NCBI GenBank assembly: GCA_027622665.1
Contig: JAQBYT010000002.1
Coordinates: forward strand, 64,001 to 128,000
Source: Verrucomicrobiota bacterium
Lineage (GTDB): Bacteria; Verrucomicrobiota; Verrucomicrobiia; Opitutales; Seribacteraceae
Direction: 5' to 3'
DNA: 64,000 nucleotides
The position numbers and the translations under genes were made by a program. Below the pieces are notes generated by a model. The model saw only the letters and a list, made by a program, of their open reading frames with translations. It ran no database searches and was not told the DNA's origin. Shown here in pieces: positions 18,436-28,799 of the stretch (position 1 is the first letter of the stretch; the number at the start of each line of letters is the position of its first letter).

Positions 18436-21081
18436 ATGAAATTTAATCTAAGCTTTTCCCTCATCCTTTGTTTTTTCTGGGTTTCCCTCTTGGGCTCCTC
18501 TTTAGTTGCCGTTTCGAGCAAAGTCGCTGTTCCCCAGACAGTTATGGTTGGTAATCCCGGTAATACTGCGGACTCTACTGGTTTCGGTAATGTTGACTAC
18601 ACATTTAAGATTGGTAAATACGAGGTCACCAATGCTGAGTATTCCGAGTTCCTCAATGCGGTAGCTAAAATCGACATTTACCAACTTTATGATCCTCGAA
18701 TGGCCGGAGCACTCGGTAGTATCAGGCGGTCTGGCTTTTCTGGTGAGTACGTCTACGAGACCAAAGCTAACGGCGGAAAGAAACCGGTGAGTTACGTAAC
18801 TTGGGAATCGTGTGTCAGATATGTCAACTGGTTGACGAATGGTTGCGGCAAAGGGGGTACGGAAAGTGGTTCCTATACGATAGCAGGTCAGAGCTTTACC
18901 CCTCCTAGCCATGCCGCTCTTGCTGTCGGAAAGGCGACCAAATGGGCGATTGCCAGCGAGGACGAATGGTACAAAGCCGCCTACTACGATCCCTCTAAAG
19001 ACGACATCGGCGGTTACTGGCCTTATGCCATGAAAGGTCGATTTTCACCGGAGTGCAACATCAACACCAGCTCGATCTCCGAAGTAGGTTCTTTCCCCGA
19101 TGCCTTCAGTCCCTACGGCACCTTCGACCAGAACGGTAACCTTTGGGAATATAACGATGCGATGAACGGCAACAAGGTGGGGCTTCGAGGAGGATCTTTT
19201 TTCCACAATGATCATGATGCCTACCTTCGTTCATCCGCTCGCTACGACGTGCTTAGCGCAAAGTGGCCTAACTATGGTTTTCGAGTAGTCGCTCTCGGTT
19301 CCGGCCCGTCAGTGCCTTCACCTACGCCCAAAGTGATAACTCCCGCTCGAACTTCCCCTGTTCCAATCCCAAAGGCTGATGCGCCAATTCCAGCTCCTGC
19401 CCCGGTTCCGACCCCTAAAGTATCACCCCTGCCTATCCCGGTGCCCAAGTCGACTTCCTCCAGTCCCAAGGGAACGATCTTTTACGTTAGCCAGTCTGAG
19501 GGAAATGACGACTCGAGTGGGAAGGCGATGGCCGTTTCGGGGACTTCAGGACCTTGGAAAACCTTGGCCCGCGCATCAACCGAATACCAACCCGGAGACT
19601 CGATTCTATTGAAACGGGGAGATACTTGGAACGAGCAACTTGCCCCCAAGGGGAGCGGGACTCCGGACCAACCGATTATCATTGGTTCCTATGGCGAGGG
19701 TGCCAAACCTGTTATCGATCGAGAGGATTACACCAAGGATTTGTTTGGCATTCATTTGGCCGATCAGGGCGGTTACAAGATTCTTGGCATAGAATTCAAC
19801 CGCTGCATGACGGGTATTTACGGAGAATATCCTGATGGTTGCCCAACCAAGAAATTCATTTGGATCGAGGACTGCTATTTTCACGACTCGCTTCTTTATC
19901 AGCATTACGAAGACTACCCCAAGCGCAAGATTGGCCTAGGCATTTGCTTCTTTTCCTACGAGCGAGACAAGAGAGTTGTCCTCTCGGACATCACGATAAG
20001 GAATTGCATTTTCAGGAGATTGGCGTCGGGCATATGGACCAACAGTCCCGATAACTTCAATAAGAACGCCTCTTACGTATACAACTTTAGGAATATGACA
20101 ATCGAGGACTGCCTTTTCGAGGAAGGCTATCAATGGCAGCAGGGTATACGGGGTGTTGACACGGGTGTGATGCGGAACTGCGTCACACATGACATTGGCC
20201 GAAACTTTCGCTCTTTCAACGGGGTTGCCGGTTCGATGTTCTTTCGGTGCAAGGACTGGGTGTTTGAGGACAGCGAATGGGGGTTTGTTTCAATTGGTCT
20301 TGGCAGCGGCGACGGCGAAGCTTTCGATTTTGAGGGTAACTGCGACAACATGACTATGCGCAACTGTCTTTTCCACGATACCGATGGCCCTGGATTTCTT
20401 CTTTGCTGTTATGCATCGGATGGGCATGCCCACTCTGGAATCGTTATGGAAAATTGCGTCATCAACGGAAAGTCGAAGCGCCCGATCGGGTTGCCTCGAT
20501 GCGCAATCGTCAATACGACCGACTGGAATGAGTCGATGTGGAAAAACTGCAGGTTTTATCTTTCCAAAGGAGAAGCATTGATGAGAGTTATGGACCCTGA
20601 AAAAGATAAGAAAACCTCTTTCGTTAATTGCTTGTTCAAGGATCTTAAGAATGCTTGTAGTTCGAATGAATTACAGTCCACTATGAGTACGGGTATCAAG
20701 GTCGAGAGTGCCAGTTCAAGTGCGGCTTGGCAGGCTGAAGCCTCCTCCGAGCAGTGGATGCAACTCGAGTTCGAGAGGGCTACCAAGATCAATGAATTTA
20801 AAATCAGTGAAGACTCCGGTTCCTCGGTTACCCGCTACTTTATTGAATATTGGGACGACAAGACCTCAAACTGGCTAAGCTGTTTTAACGGTAGGGAAAT
20901 AGGCGTTGATTTTGTCGCTCCAATTGTTAGTCGGGTCACGACGAAAGCACGGTTGCGGATTATGAATACTAAAAGTGGCAAATCCAAGATTACTGAATTT
21001 ACCGCTTACAACGATACGACGGGCTTTACTACTTTCAACGATCCGACAGGAGTGGCAGCGGTGAGGATCACCGGGAAATAA
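18436..21081 (+). CDS. Secreted multidomain protein: FGE-sulfatase-like domain, Pro-rich linker, right-handed beta-helix, discoidin-like domain
   Basis: VGNPGN...IGKYEVTNAEY...DEWYKAAY...SPYGTFDQNGNLWE...GFRV; PxPxP linker; FYVSQSEGNDD..PWKTL..PGDSILLKRGDTW; DGEAFDFE; EQWMQLEF. Confidence 0.82.
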   Translation: MKFNLSFSLILCFFWVSLLGSSLVAVSSKVAVPQTVMVGNPGNTADSTGFGNVDYTFKIGKYEVTNAEYSEFLNAVAKIDIYQLYDPRMAGALGSIRRSGFSGEYVYETKANGGKKPVSYVTWESCVRYVNWLTNGCGKGGTESGSYTIAGQSFTPPSHAALAVGKATKWAIASEDEWYKAAYYDPSKDDIGGYWPYAMKGRFSPECNINTSSISEVGSFPDAFSPYGTFDQNGNLWEYNDAMNGNKVGLRGGSFFHNDHDAYLRSSARYDVLSAKWPNYGFRVVALGSGPSVPSPTPKVITPARTSPVPIPKADAPIPAPAPVPTPKVSPLPIPVPKSTSSSPKGTIFYVSQSEGNDDSSGKAMAVSGTSGPWKTLARASTEYQPGDSILLKRGDTWNEQLAPKGSGTPDQPIIIGSYGEGAKPVIDREDYTKDLFGIHLADQGGYKILGIEFNRCMTGIYGEYPDGCPTKKFIWIEDCYFHDSLLYQHYEDYPKRKIGLGICFFSYERDKRVVLSDITIRNCIFRRLASGIWTNSPDNFNKNASYVYNFRNMTIEDCLFEEGYQWQQGIRGVDTGVMRNCVTHDIGRNFRSFNGVAGSMFFRCKDWVFEDSEWGFVSIGLGSGDGEAFDFEGNCDNMTMRNCLFHDTDGPGFLLCCYASDGHAHSGIVMENCVINGKSKRPIGLPRCAIVNTTDWNESMWKNCRFYLSKGEALMRVMDPEKDKKTSFVNCLFKDLKNACSSNELQSTMSTGIKVESASSSAAWQAEASSEQWMQLEFERATKINEFKISEDSGSSVTRYFIEYWDDKTSNWLSCFNGREIGVDFVAPIVSRVTTKARLRIMNTKSGKSKITEFTAYNDTTGFTTFNDPTGVAAVRITGK

Positions 21082-21121
21082 TGGCCACGGCACATTCACA
21101 TCACTAAAATAGATAAAGCAT

Positions 21122-22177
21122 ATGACCGATCAGAAGAAAGATTCCGACAAACCCGCAGCGAGCGATAACGACGTTAAGGCAATTGAGCGTCTGCGTGACG
21201 CTAACAAACGGATTGTTGCCGAGTTGGGAAAAGTAATCATTGGCCAGACCGATGTGATCGATGAACTGATGATCGCTATATTTGCTCGCGGTCACTGCCT
21301 TTTAGTGGGAGTGCCCGGATTGGCCAAGACCCTACTTGTCAGCACCTTGTCACGCGCTCTCTCACTCAGTTTCAACCGTATTCAGTTCACCCCGGACTTA
21401 ATGCCCTCGGACATAACCGGAACCGAGATCTTGGCTGACGATCCGGAGAGCGGCGAACGAAAGTTCAAGTTCCTTCGGGGGCCGGTTTTTGCTAATATCG
21501 TGCTGGCTGACGAGATTAACCGAACTCCTCCGAAGACTCAGGCTGCCTTGCTTGAAGCGATGCAGGAAAAGAAGGTCTCGGCCGGCGGTGAGTCTTTTAC
21601 CTTGGAGGAACCGTTTTTTGTTTTGGCTACTCAGAACCCACTCGAGCAGGAAGGTACCTATCCACTGCCGGAGGCGCAACTCGATCGCTTTCTGTTCAAC
21701 ATCATCGTCGATTATCCGAACCGTACCGAGGAGATCGATATGATGAAGCGTATATCGGGGGATTTCGAGAGCAACTTGGACACGGTTATGGATCGCGACG
21801 AGATCATCGCTCTTCAAGATACCGTACGGAGAATTCCGGTGGCCGACCATATATTTGAGTATGCATCTACGCTTGTACGCGCAACTCGGCCGGATGATGA
21901 AGAGGCTCCCGAATTTATTCGTGAGTGGCTTTCATATGGGGCAGGGCCTCGCGCCAGTCTCTACTTGATCACGGCGGGCAAAGCGCGGGCAGCTTTGCGA
22001 GGTCGTTTGCACATGGCAATCGAGGACGTACAGGCCTTGGCCCCTGCAATCCTTCGTCACCGCATTATTTTGAATTTCGCTGCCCGTTCCGAAGGCATGA
22101 CCAGCGACGACGTGATCCGAAAGCTACTGGATACGATTCCTGCAGACGAAAACCTCTATGAAGCCCAAGCCCGCTAA
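21122..22177 (+). CDS. moxR: MoxR-family AAA+ ATPase
   Basis: Walker A GVPGLAKT, RIQFTPDLMPSD, Walker B LADEINR, ATQNPLEQEGTYPLPEAQLDRF. Confidence 0.95.
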   Translation: MTDQKKDSDKPAASDNDVKAIERLRDANKRIVAELGKVIIGQTDVIDELMIAIFARGHCLLVGVPGLAKTLLVSTLSRALSLSFNRIQFTPDLMPSDITGTEILADDPESGERKFKFLRGPVFANIVLADEINRTPPKTQAALLEAMQEKKVSAGGESFTLEEPFFVLATQNPLEQEGTYPLPEAQLDRFLFNIIVDYPNRTEEIDMMKRISGDFESNLDTVMDRDEIIALQDTVRRIPVADHIFEYASTLVRATRPDDEEAPEFIREWLSYGAGPRASLYLITAGKARAALRGRLHMAIEDVQALAPAILRHRIILNFAARSEGMTSDDVIRKLLDTIPADENLYEAQAR

Positions 22178-23066
22178 ACACGGGCTCAAATACCTTGACC
22201 CGGACGTCTTGCAAAAAATCAGCTCTCTTGAGCTGGTTGCGCGCGAGGCGGTTGAGGGCATGCGGGTGGGGGCTCACAGGAGCCCGTCCAAGGGTTTGAG
22301 CTCCGAGTTCGCCTACCATCGTCCCTATGTAACCGGCGACTCTCCAAGGCATGTGGACTGGCGGTTGTATGCCCGTACCGGTCGTTATTATACTAAGCAG
22401 TACATTGCCGAGACTGACTTTACTGCCAATATTCTGCTGGATGCGAGTTCGTCCATGCAATATGGCTCCGGCGAATTGAGCAAGTTGGAGTACGCCAAAC
22501 ATATAACTGCCAGCTTGGCGCACTTGATCGTGAGTCAACGCGACATGGCCGGAATGGCAATATTCGACTCTGAGTTGCGACAGTACCTCGAGCCTTCAAG
22601 CAGGTTGTCCATCGTACGCGACATCGCCGTCGAGTTGGAAAAGGTAGATGGTGAACCGCGAACGAACATCGCTACCATACTTCATGAGTTTGCCGAGCGT
22701 ATCAAGCGTCGCGGATTCGTTATCTTGATCTCTGATTTGTTGGACAACGTGGACGACTTTGTGAAGGGGCTCAATCATCTTCAGTTTCATGGCCACAACG
22801 TCATCGTGTTTCACACACTGGATCCTTACGAGTTGACCTTCCCTTTTGACGGCACATGCAGATTCAAGGGGCTCGAAGTTGATGAGGAACTCGTGACTAG
22901 GCCAAAACGGGTGCGTGAAGCATACATGGAGGAGTTGGATCTTTATCTTAAGAAAATCCGAGATGCCTGTCGTAGGACTAACGTCGACTACGTACTGGTT
23001 GATACATCTCGCCCACTGCAGGAGGTACTTACTGCCTACCTCATGAAAAGGACACAGAGCTTATAA
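22158..23066 (+). CDS. DUF58 vWA-like protein
   Basis: EFAYHRPYVTGD..RHVDW, ILLDASSSM, ILISD; directly after moxR. Confidence 0.92.
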   Translation: MKPKPAKHGLKYLDPDVLQKISSLELVAREAVEGMRVGAHRSPSKGLSSEFAYHRPYVTGDSPRHVDWRLYARTGRYYTKQYIAETDFTANILLDASSSMQYGSGELSKLEYAKHITASLAHLIVSQRDMAGMAIFDSELRQYLEPSSRLSIVRDIAVELEKVDGEPRTNIATILHEFAERIKRRGFVILISDLLDNVDDFVKGLNHLQFHGHNVIVFHTLDPYELTFPFDGTCRFKGLEVDEELVTRPKRVREAYMEELDLYLKKIRDACRRTNVDYVLVDTSRPLQEVLTAYLMKRTQSL

Positions 23067-24211
23067 TGCCGTTATTCATGATTCCTAGTCGAAGGTCACT
23101 CGCCTTTGTTGTCGGTTGTCGGATCGTCACCGTACTTCTTTTGCTGCCGTCGGTTCTGGGGGCTGGCATAGTGGAGACGGTGTCTGGGAAAATTGAGGGC
23201 AAAATCAGCTTTCTCTCGAATGCCGTTAAAGTGGGTGAACAGCAGGTCGCCTCGAAGGATATTCTTTATTTATATTCCGAGAATTCTTCCCCGCCAGTCT
23301 CGTCCCCTGAATTAGCGCTTTTTAGGAATGGAGAGGTAGTCGTCGGTGGTATCGTTGCCGGGTCGGACAAACAGGTCGATCTGCGTTGCAAATGGTTTGG
23401 TCGGAAATCGTTCGATCTTAAAAAGCTATCAGTTTTACAATTTATATCAGATGAGTCGTTAGCCGATGGAGCGAATGAAACGCTGTATCGCAAGGAAGGC
23501 CAACCGATTCCCGGCGCACTGGTATGGATCGACGAGGGAACCATCGGACTGGACAGTCCATTTGGCGCCTTAAAGCTCATTCGTTCAGGGTTAGTGCGTT
23601 ACGTTCTAGATAAGAATCCTTCCTTGCCCTTGGTCGGCGACGAAGTCATGGGCGACGAAATCGGCTTGAGCGATGGCAATGTCTTTCGCGGGAGGCTACA
23701 TTTTGACGAGGGCAAAGTTAGGCTTACGCATCCTGTTGTTGGCGAGATGACTTTTCCTGTGAGCGTTGTTCGCTTCATTGTGCGGCACCGTCCGACAATG
23801 GTCGAGATCAACCTTCTTAAACGCGAGCGTATCGATGCCGGAGGAGGCATATTGGCGAAGGGAAAACAGTTTTCCTACACTGAGGAACCGGGAACCGGAT
23901 TTATTCGTTCTACTCGAATTGAACCTCAAACCAAGACTCGTTACGCTCAACCCGAACGCTCGGGTGGCAAGCTACTTTTTCGCACGACCCTTTGTCCTTT
24001 GAAATCCGCCCGTGGCATGACTCGCTTCACCATGTCGGTAGGTTCTAAGACAGTTCTGGAGCGTACTGTCTCTCCCTCGGAACTCCCGCAGTCGGTTGAA
24101 GTGCAGTTGCCCGAAGGAGAAGATTTCGTGGTCGAAGTGGATTTTGGCCCTCTCCTCCGTTTCCCATGCGGCGTCATCTTGCGGGATGCTCATCTGGTAG
24201 TCGCGAAATAA
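23066..24211 (+). CDS. Secreted beta-rich hypothetical protein with possible C-terminal NPCBM-like domain
   Basis: Signal-like N-terminus; repeated L.NGE/L.DGN..G motifs; C-terminal VEVDFG...VILRDAHLV; TAATG overlap. Confidence 0.6.
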   Translation: MPLFMIPSRRSLAFVVGCRIVTVLLLLPSVLGAGIVETVSGKIEGKISFLSNAVKVGEQQVASKDILYLYSENSSPPVSSPELALFRNGEVVVGGIVAGSDKQVDLRCKWFGRKSFDLKKLSVLQFISDESLADGANETLYRKEGQPIPGALVWIDEGTIGLDSPFGALKLIRSGLVRYVLDKNPSLPLVGDEVMGDEIGLSDGNVFRGRLHFDEGKVRLTHPVVGEMTFPVSVVRFIVRHRPTMVEINLLKRERIDAGGGILAKGKQFSYTEEPGTGFIRSTRIEPQTKTRYAQPERSGGKLLFRTTLCPLKSARGMTRFTMSVGSKTVLERTVSPSELPQSVEVQLPEGEDFVVEVDFGPLLRFPCGVILRDAHLVVAK

Positions 24212-24212
24212 G

Positions 24213-26414
24213 ATGCAATTTCTGAATCCATGGCTTTTGATTGGCATTGCCGGTATCTCCATACCGATCGCCATTCACCTGATGAATCGATTCCGTCATC
24301 GAGACGTCGACTGGGCTGCCATGGAGTTGTTGCGTAAGGTTCTGGTGGTTCGCTCAAGACGCATACGACTGGAAGATTTACTTCTCTTGCTTTTGCGCTG
24401 CTTGATCATCGCATTACTCGCGCTTTCCATCGCTCGGCCGGTCTTGTCGCCCGAAGGAGGAACGTCTCGAGCTGACGTCGGCGTCGTCATTGCCATAGAC
24501 GCCTCATTCAGCATGGGGCACAAGCCGGGCGTATATTCCCGATTTGATCGCGCCGTGGAACGTGTCCAAGAAATACTCAATACATTGAACCCCGGAGACC
24601 CAGTGACTTTGGTTCTACTGGGTGATCGCCCAAGGGTGCTTTTTCGGAACTCCGGTTACGAAGCGGATCGATTGTCCGCTATATTGGAAAAGTCGGAACC
24701 CTTGGCCGAACGGCTCAACCTCGAACTTTGCTTAAGTGAAATAGAAAAACTGGTGGGAGAGATCAAGGCACCCGCTCGCGAATGCTATTTTGTAACGGAT
24801 GCTCAGACTCTTACTTGGGGCAAGCTTTCCGAACCATCTATTGCCTCCCTTGAGCGGATTGCACTGGAGGGACGCATCTTCTATCTTCCGGTGGCCGATC
24901 GCCAATCCGAGAATCTGGCCATTACGAGTTTGGTACAAGGGTCGGGCATAGTACGCAAAGGATCATTGGCTCGCTATGTCGTTGATGTGACCAACAGTGG
25001 AGGAGAGACCAGAAAACAAGTGCCTGTTACTCTTTATCTTGGTGATGAAGTCATCGACCAACGTGTCGTATCCGAGATCGGACCCGGGGATACCGAGTCG
25101 ATTCCAATGTTCGTTCGTTTCAACGAACAAGGAACGCTCCGCTTGACTGCCCGTATAGGCGAAGATGAATTGGCTATCGACAACGCCCGCTTTGTTGTGG
25201 TCAACGTGCGTTCACAGATACGAGTTCTCTGCGTCGAGGGTTCGCCCTCGAAGGGTTCGGATTCCGAAACCTATTTTCTTTTATCGGCTTTGGTCCCGAG
25301 GCGAACGCTGGTTGGAGATGAGGATGCGCCTATTGTGGTTGACCAGGTCAGTTGGCTGGATCTTTCCGGGCGGCGGTTATCTGATTACGACGTCGTGATG
25401 TTGGTCGACGTGCCGCAATTGCCCGAGGCTCAAGTAACTGCCATCGGGCAGTTCGTAAGTGTCGGAGGAGGGTTGGTGACGTTTCTTGGTCCTAACGTCC
25501 TGCCTGAAACGTTCAACGAAAGTATGGTCTTTGAAGACCAGCCGCTCCATCCGGGAATACTTCTCGACGCGCGCGGCGATCAGTCCGATCGCTCGGTCGG
25601 TAGTGCCCTAGAGCCAGTCGTAGGGCATCCCTTGGCATTTGGGCTTTCAGGTTTGCCCGAAGAGGTCTTGGGAGAGACTCGAATATTTCGCTACTTCCCT
25701 TTGGAATTGTCTTCCGGTAGTCGCTCCGTGGTGACTGTCGGAAAAGGTCCCAACGACATTCTGGTGGCGGAGAAGTCTCTTGGTCGAGGAAACGTCGTGT
25801 TGTTTACCAGCACCGCAAATCGAGACTGGACCGACATGGTCATTCACCCCTCCTATCCAATATTGCTCCATGAGACGATCGCCCATCTTGGACGCCGTGA
25901 TTTTGAGAGACCCCTTGTCGTCGGTTCGCCTTTGGTCCTGCCCTTGCCTTTACCCATTAATGCCCCCGCTCCAGAGAAAGTTGTTTGTCAGGCACCCGAG
26001 GATCACCGGATAACCGTTAAGTCCGTACGTCGCGATGGTCAGATATTAGCTAATTTCGGCGCGACGGAATACGCCGGCTTTTATGATATCTTTTACGATT
26101 CTGAAAACTCTTTTCCTGTTGCCGTGAGCGTCGACGCCGGAGAGTCCGATTCCCGTTGCTTGGCGGATCGGGCCCTTGCCGAAGCATTACAGGGCACTGA
26201 GTTTAAGATTGTGGAACTTGCAGACGACTTGGGTGTGATCCTCCGCGAAGGTCGAATCGGCCGAGAAATCTGGAAGGAAATCCTTTTGACCGCACTCTTG
26301 CTTTTACTTGTCGAAGCCTACCTTTCTCATCGTTTCACTCGTGTCGTTTCCGGAAAAAAGAACTCTGACTTCGTGGCTGGTTTGAAAAATGCAACCAAGA
26401 GGAGTCGAATCTAA
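24213..26414 (+). CDS. BatA-domain vWA membrane protein with Ig-like and GATase1-like domains
   Basis: MQFLNPWLL..PIAIHLMNR..VDWAAM..LLLLLRCL; MIDAS IDASFS, VTD; DELAIDN; C-terminal EIWK..LLLVE TM. Confidence 0.88.
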   Translation: MQFLNPWLLIGIAGISIPIAIHLMNRFRHRDVDWAAMELLRKVLVVRSRRIRLEDLLLLLLRCLIIALLALSIARPVLSPEGGTSRADVGVVIAIDASFSMGHKPGVYSRFDRAVERVQEILNTLNPGDPVTLVLLGDRPRVLFRNSGYEADRLSAILEKSEPLAERLNLELCLSEIEKLVGEIKAPARECYFVTDAQTLTWGKLSEPSIASLERIALEGRIFYLPVADRQSENLAITSLVQGSGIVRKGSLARYVVDVTNSGGETRKQVPVTLYLGDEVIDQRVVSEIGPGDTESIPMFVRFNEQGTLRLTARIGEDELAIDNARFVVVNVRSQIRVLCVEGSPSKGSDSETYFLLSALVPRRTLVGDEDAPIVVDQVSWLDLSGRRLSDYDVVMLVDVPQLPEAQVTAIGQFVSVGGGLVTFLGPNVLPETFNESMVFEDQPLHPGILLDARGDQSDRSVGSALEPVVGHPLAFGLSGLPEEVLGETRIFRYFPLELSSGSRSVVTVGKGPNDILVAEKSLGRGNVVLFTSTANRDWTDMVIHPSYPILLHETIAHLGRRDFERPLVVGSPLVLPLPLPINAPAPEKVVCQAPEDHRITVKSVRRDGQILANFGATEYAGFYDIFYDSENSFPVAVSVDAGESDSRCLADRALAEALQGTEFKIVELADDLGVILREGRIGREIWKEILLTALLLLLVEAYLSHRFTRVVSGKKNSDFVAGLKNATKRSRI

Positions 26415-26415
26415 C

Positions 26416-28791
26416 ATGCTTACCTTGTTGGCAGCCGAATCAACCGGAGGTTTCTATTTTCGCGAAGGACCTTTCCCTATTCTTCTAGTCCTTGGTGTCT
26501 TCGTCCCTCTTGCGGTGTTGTATGCGGTTTTTCTTTATCGGAGACAAACGGAGCTCTCCTCAGGACATCGTCTCGTCCTCGGCGTTTTGCGCGCTATCGT
26601 TTATAGTTTGATTATCCTGCTGCTGCTTGCCCCGGTGGTCGACCAGACGAAGAAAATCTTGATACCAAACAATGTCCTAGTGCTACTTGACGTTTCCGAA
26701 AGTATGTCGATTGAGGATCGTCGCAGCAGACCGGATGAATTGGCTGAATCCGCTGCAGCTTTAGGCAAGATTCCACTCGGCGAACTAGATCGGTATGCAG
26801 CTGCGGAGCTTCCTGACGACATTCGTTCAAGCGTTGAAAAGGTATCACGGCTAGACCTGGCAAAAGGTATCCTCGGTTTATCTGAGTTGGAGATTCTCCG
26901 CACCTCTACCGAGAGCAGCCATGTTACAGGTTATACCTTTGGGGAAAATCTTGCATCTGACATGAGCCCCGAAAATTCTTCGCCATGGTTTGACGCTGCT
27001 CTGCCTTCCGCAAAGTCTACGCGCTTAGGTGACGGTCTGAGAGAGGCAGTCGATCGTCACGGTGGGCAGAAAATCACCGGAGTAGTTGTCTTAAGTGACG
27101 GCGCTTCCAATGAGGGTGTCGATGCGGTGGATGCGGCTCTTCGATTGGGCGACCAATCCATCCCCGTCCACACCATCGGACTAGGTCTGACTAAGCCGGA
27201 GGACGTGCGAATCCTGACTGTGCGGGTTCCTGATACCGTTTTCTATAAGGATAAGGTTCCTGTCAGTGTCGGTATCCTTTCCCATGGTTTTCAAGGACGG
27301 GTGGTCACTGTTGATTTGACCATCGATGGAGACTTGGTCGCCAGCAGAAAAACGGCTCTAAGGGGAGACGAGGCTGTCGAAGAGCTTTCTTTTATAGCCG
27401 ACCAAAAGGTGGGACAGTCTAAATTTGTCGTTACGGCTACCGTGCTTCCCGGAGACGTGGCCCCGGAAAACAATCGATATGAACGAAGTATTTCAATCAT
27501 CGATGAGAAGATAAAAATTCTCTACATCGAGGGCGAACCTCGTTGGGAGTTTCGTTACCTGCGAGCTGTGCTTCTTCGGGATGATCGATTGGACGTGAAA
27601 TTTCTCATGACGGAAGGAGACCCGGAGCTTGCTCGGGCGTCGCCTCGACATCTTGAAGTTTTCCCGGAGGATGGCGCCGAAACATTTCAGTACGACTTGG
27701 TTATTTTGGGAGATGTTCCTGCAGACTACTTCACGCAGTCTCATCTCGAGCGGATTGAGGAACTTGTTCTTAAGCGCGGCGCTTCCTTCCTTATGCTGGC
27801 GGGTCGTAAATATGCTCCTGCGAGCTATCGAGACTCTCCCATCGCATCTCTTTTGCCCGTTAAGATCGGCAATGACGGATATGACCGCCTCGGTCCCTTG
27901 CTTTATCCGGTTCCCACTTCTTCAGGAATGAAGAACCTGATTGCTAAGTTCAGTCCCTCCGAGCAGGTGACACGAGAGACATGGGCCCGAGCTAAGCCGC
28001 TTTACGGTGTGCCCAACTTGGATGGAGTAAAACGGGGAGCCGCAGACAATATTTTGGTTACTCTCTCCGACGTCGACCAACGCAGTAAGCCTTATCCGTT
28101 GGTTGTCTGGCAGCGTTACGGCACGGGCAAATCGCTTTACGTCGGTTCCGACCAACTCTGGCGCCTTCGTTTTAAACATGGCGACGAGTTTCATGTCCAC
28201 TTCTGGAAACAATCCATACACTTCCTGACCTTGTCTCGTTTGCTGGGTGAGAATAAGCGCATTCGGTTGGAGACGGAGCGGGACAGCTATCGTGCCGGCG
28301 AGAGAGCCAATGTTTTTGCCAACGTTCTCGATGAAAGCTTTGAACCAATCTCCGCTCCTTCCTACGATGTGTTGGTTGAATCACCGGGACAGGCCGAACC
28401 CTCGGGCCTTTCACTGCTGGCTATTCCGGGGTCACCTGGCCTCTACCAGGGTTCTTACGTTACAGGTAAAGCAGGTTCTTATCTCTTGAAGTCGGTTTTG
28501 GCTGATTCGAAATTCGCCAACACTGCATCCTTTCAAGCCGTTGGAGCCAGTCGGGAAATGCTTGAGTCGGCCATGCAGGAGCAGACACTGCGTAAGATCT
28601 CCGAACTTTCAGGCGGCGAGTATCTGGAACTGAGTGACTTGAAGAAACTGCCCGAGTTGCTCAAGGGGGAAGTCCGAACAACGAGCGTCTCCAAGGAGAT
28701 TTCACTTTGGGACCGGTGGTACGTGTTCGCTTTATTATTACTATTCCTGTCAATCGAATGGTTCGTCAGGCGCCAAAACGATGCTGCGTAA
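26416..28791 (+). CDS. vWA/GATase1-like membrane protein
   Basis: Two N-terminal TMs, LLDVSESM, VLSDG, ILYIEGEPRWEFRYL, YDLVILGDV, RYGTGK...LWRLR, C-terminal TM ..EWFVRR. Confidence 0.85.
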   Translation: MLTLLAAESTGGFYFREGPFPILLVLGVFVPLAVLYAVFLYRRQTELSSGHRLVLGVLRAIVYSLIILLLLAPVVDQTKKILIPNNVLVLLDVSESMSIEDRRSRPDELAESAAALGKIPLGELDRYAAAELPDDIRSSVEKVSRLDLAKGILGLSELEILRTSTESSHVTGYTFGENLASDMSPENSSPWFDAALPSAKSTRLGDGLREAVDRHGGQKITGVVVLSDGASNEGVDAVDAALRLGDQSIPVHTIGLGLTKPEDVRILTVRVPDTVFYKDKVPVSVGILSHGFQGRVVTVDLTIDGDLVASRKTALRGDEAVEELSFIADQKVGQSKFVVTATVLPGDVAPENNRYERSISIIDEKIKILYIEGEPRWEFRYLRAVLLRDDRLDVKFLMTEGDPELARASPRHLEVFPEDGAETFQYDLVILGDVPADYFTQSHLERIEELVLKRGASFLMLAGRKYAPASYRDSPIASLLPVKIGNDGYDRLGPLLYPVPTSSGMKNLIAKFSPSEQVTRETWARAKPLYGVPNLDGVKRGAADNILVTLSDVDQRSKPYPLVVWQRYGTGKSLYVGSDQLWRLRFKHGDEFHVHFWKQSIHFLTLSRLLGENKRIRLETERDSYRAGERANVFANVLDESFEPISAPSYDVLVESPGQAEPSGLSLLAIPGSPGLYQGSYVTGKAGSYLLKSVLADSKFANTASFQAVGASREMLESAMQEQTLRKISELSGGEYLELSDLKKLPELLKGEVRTTSVSKEISLWDRWYVFALLLLFLSIEWFVRRQNDAA

Positions 28792-28799
28792 AAGTTAAA

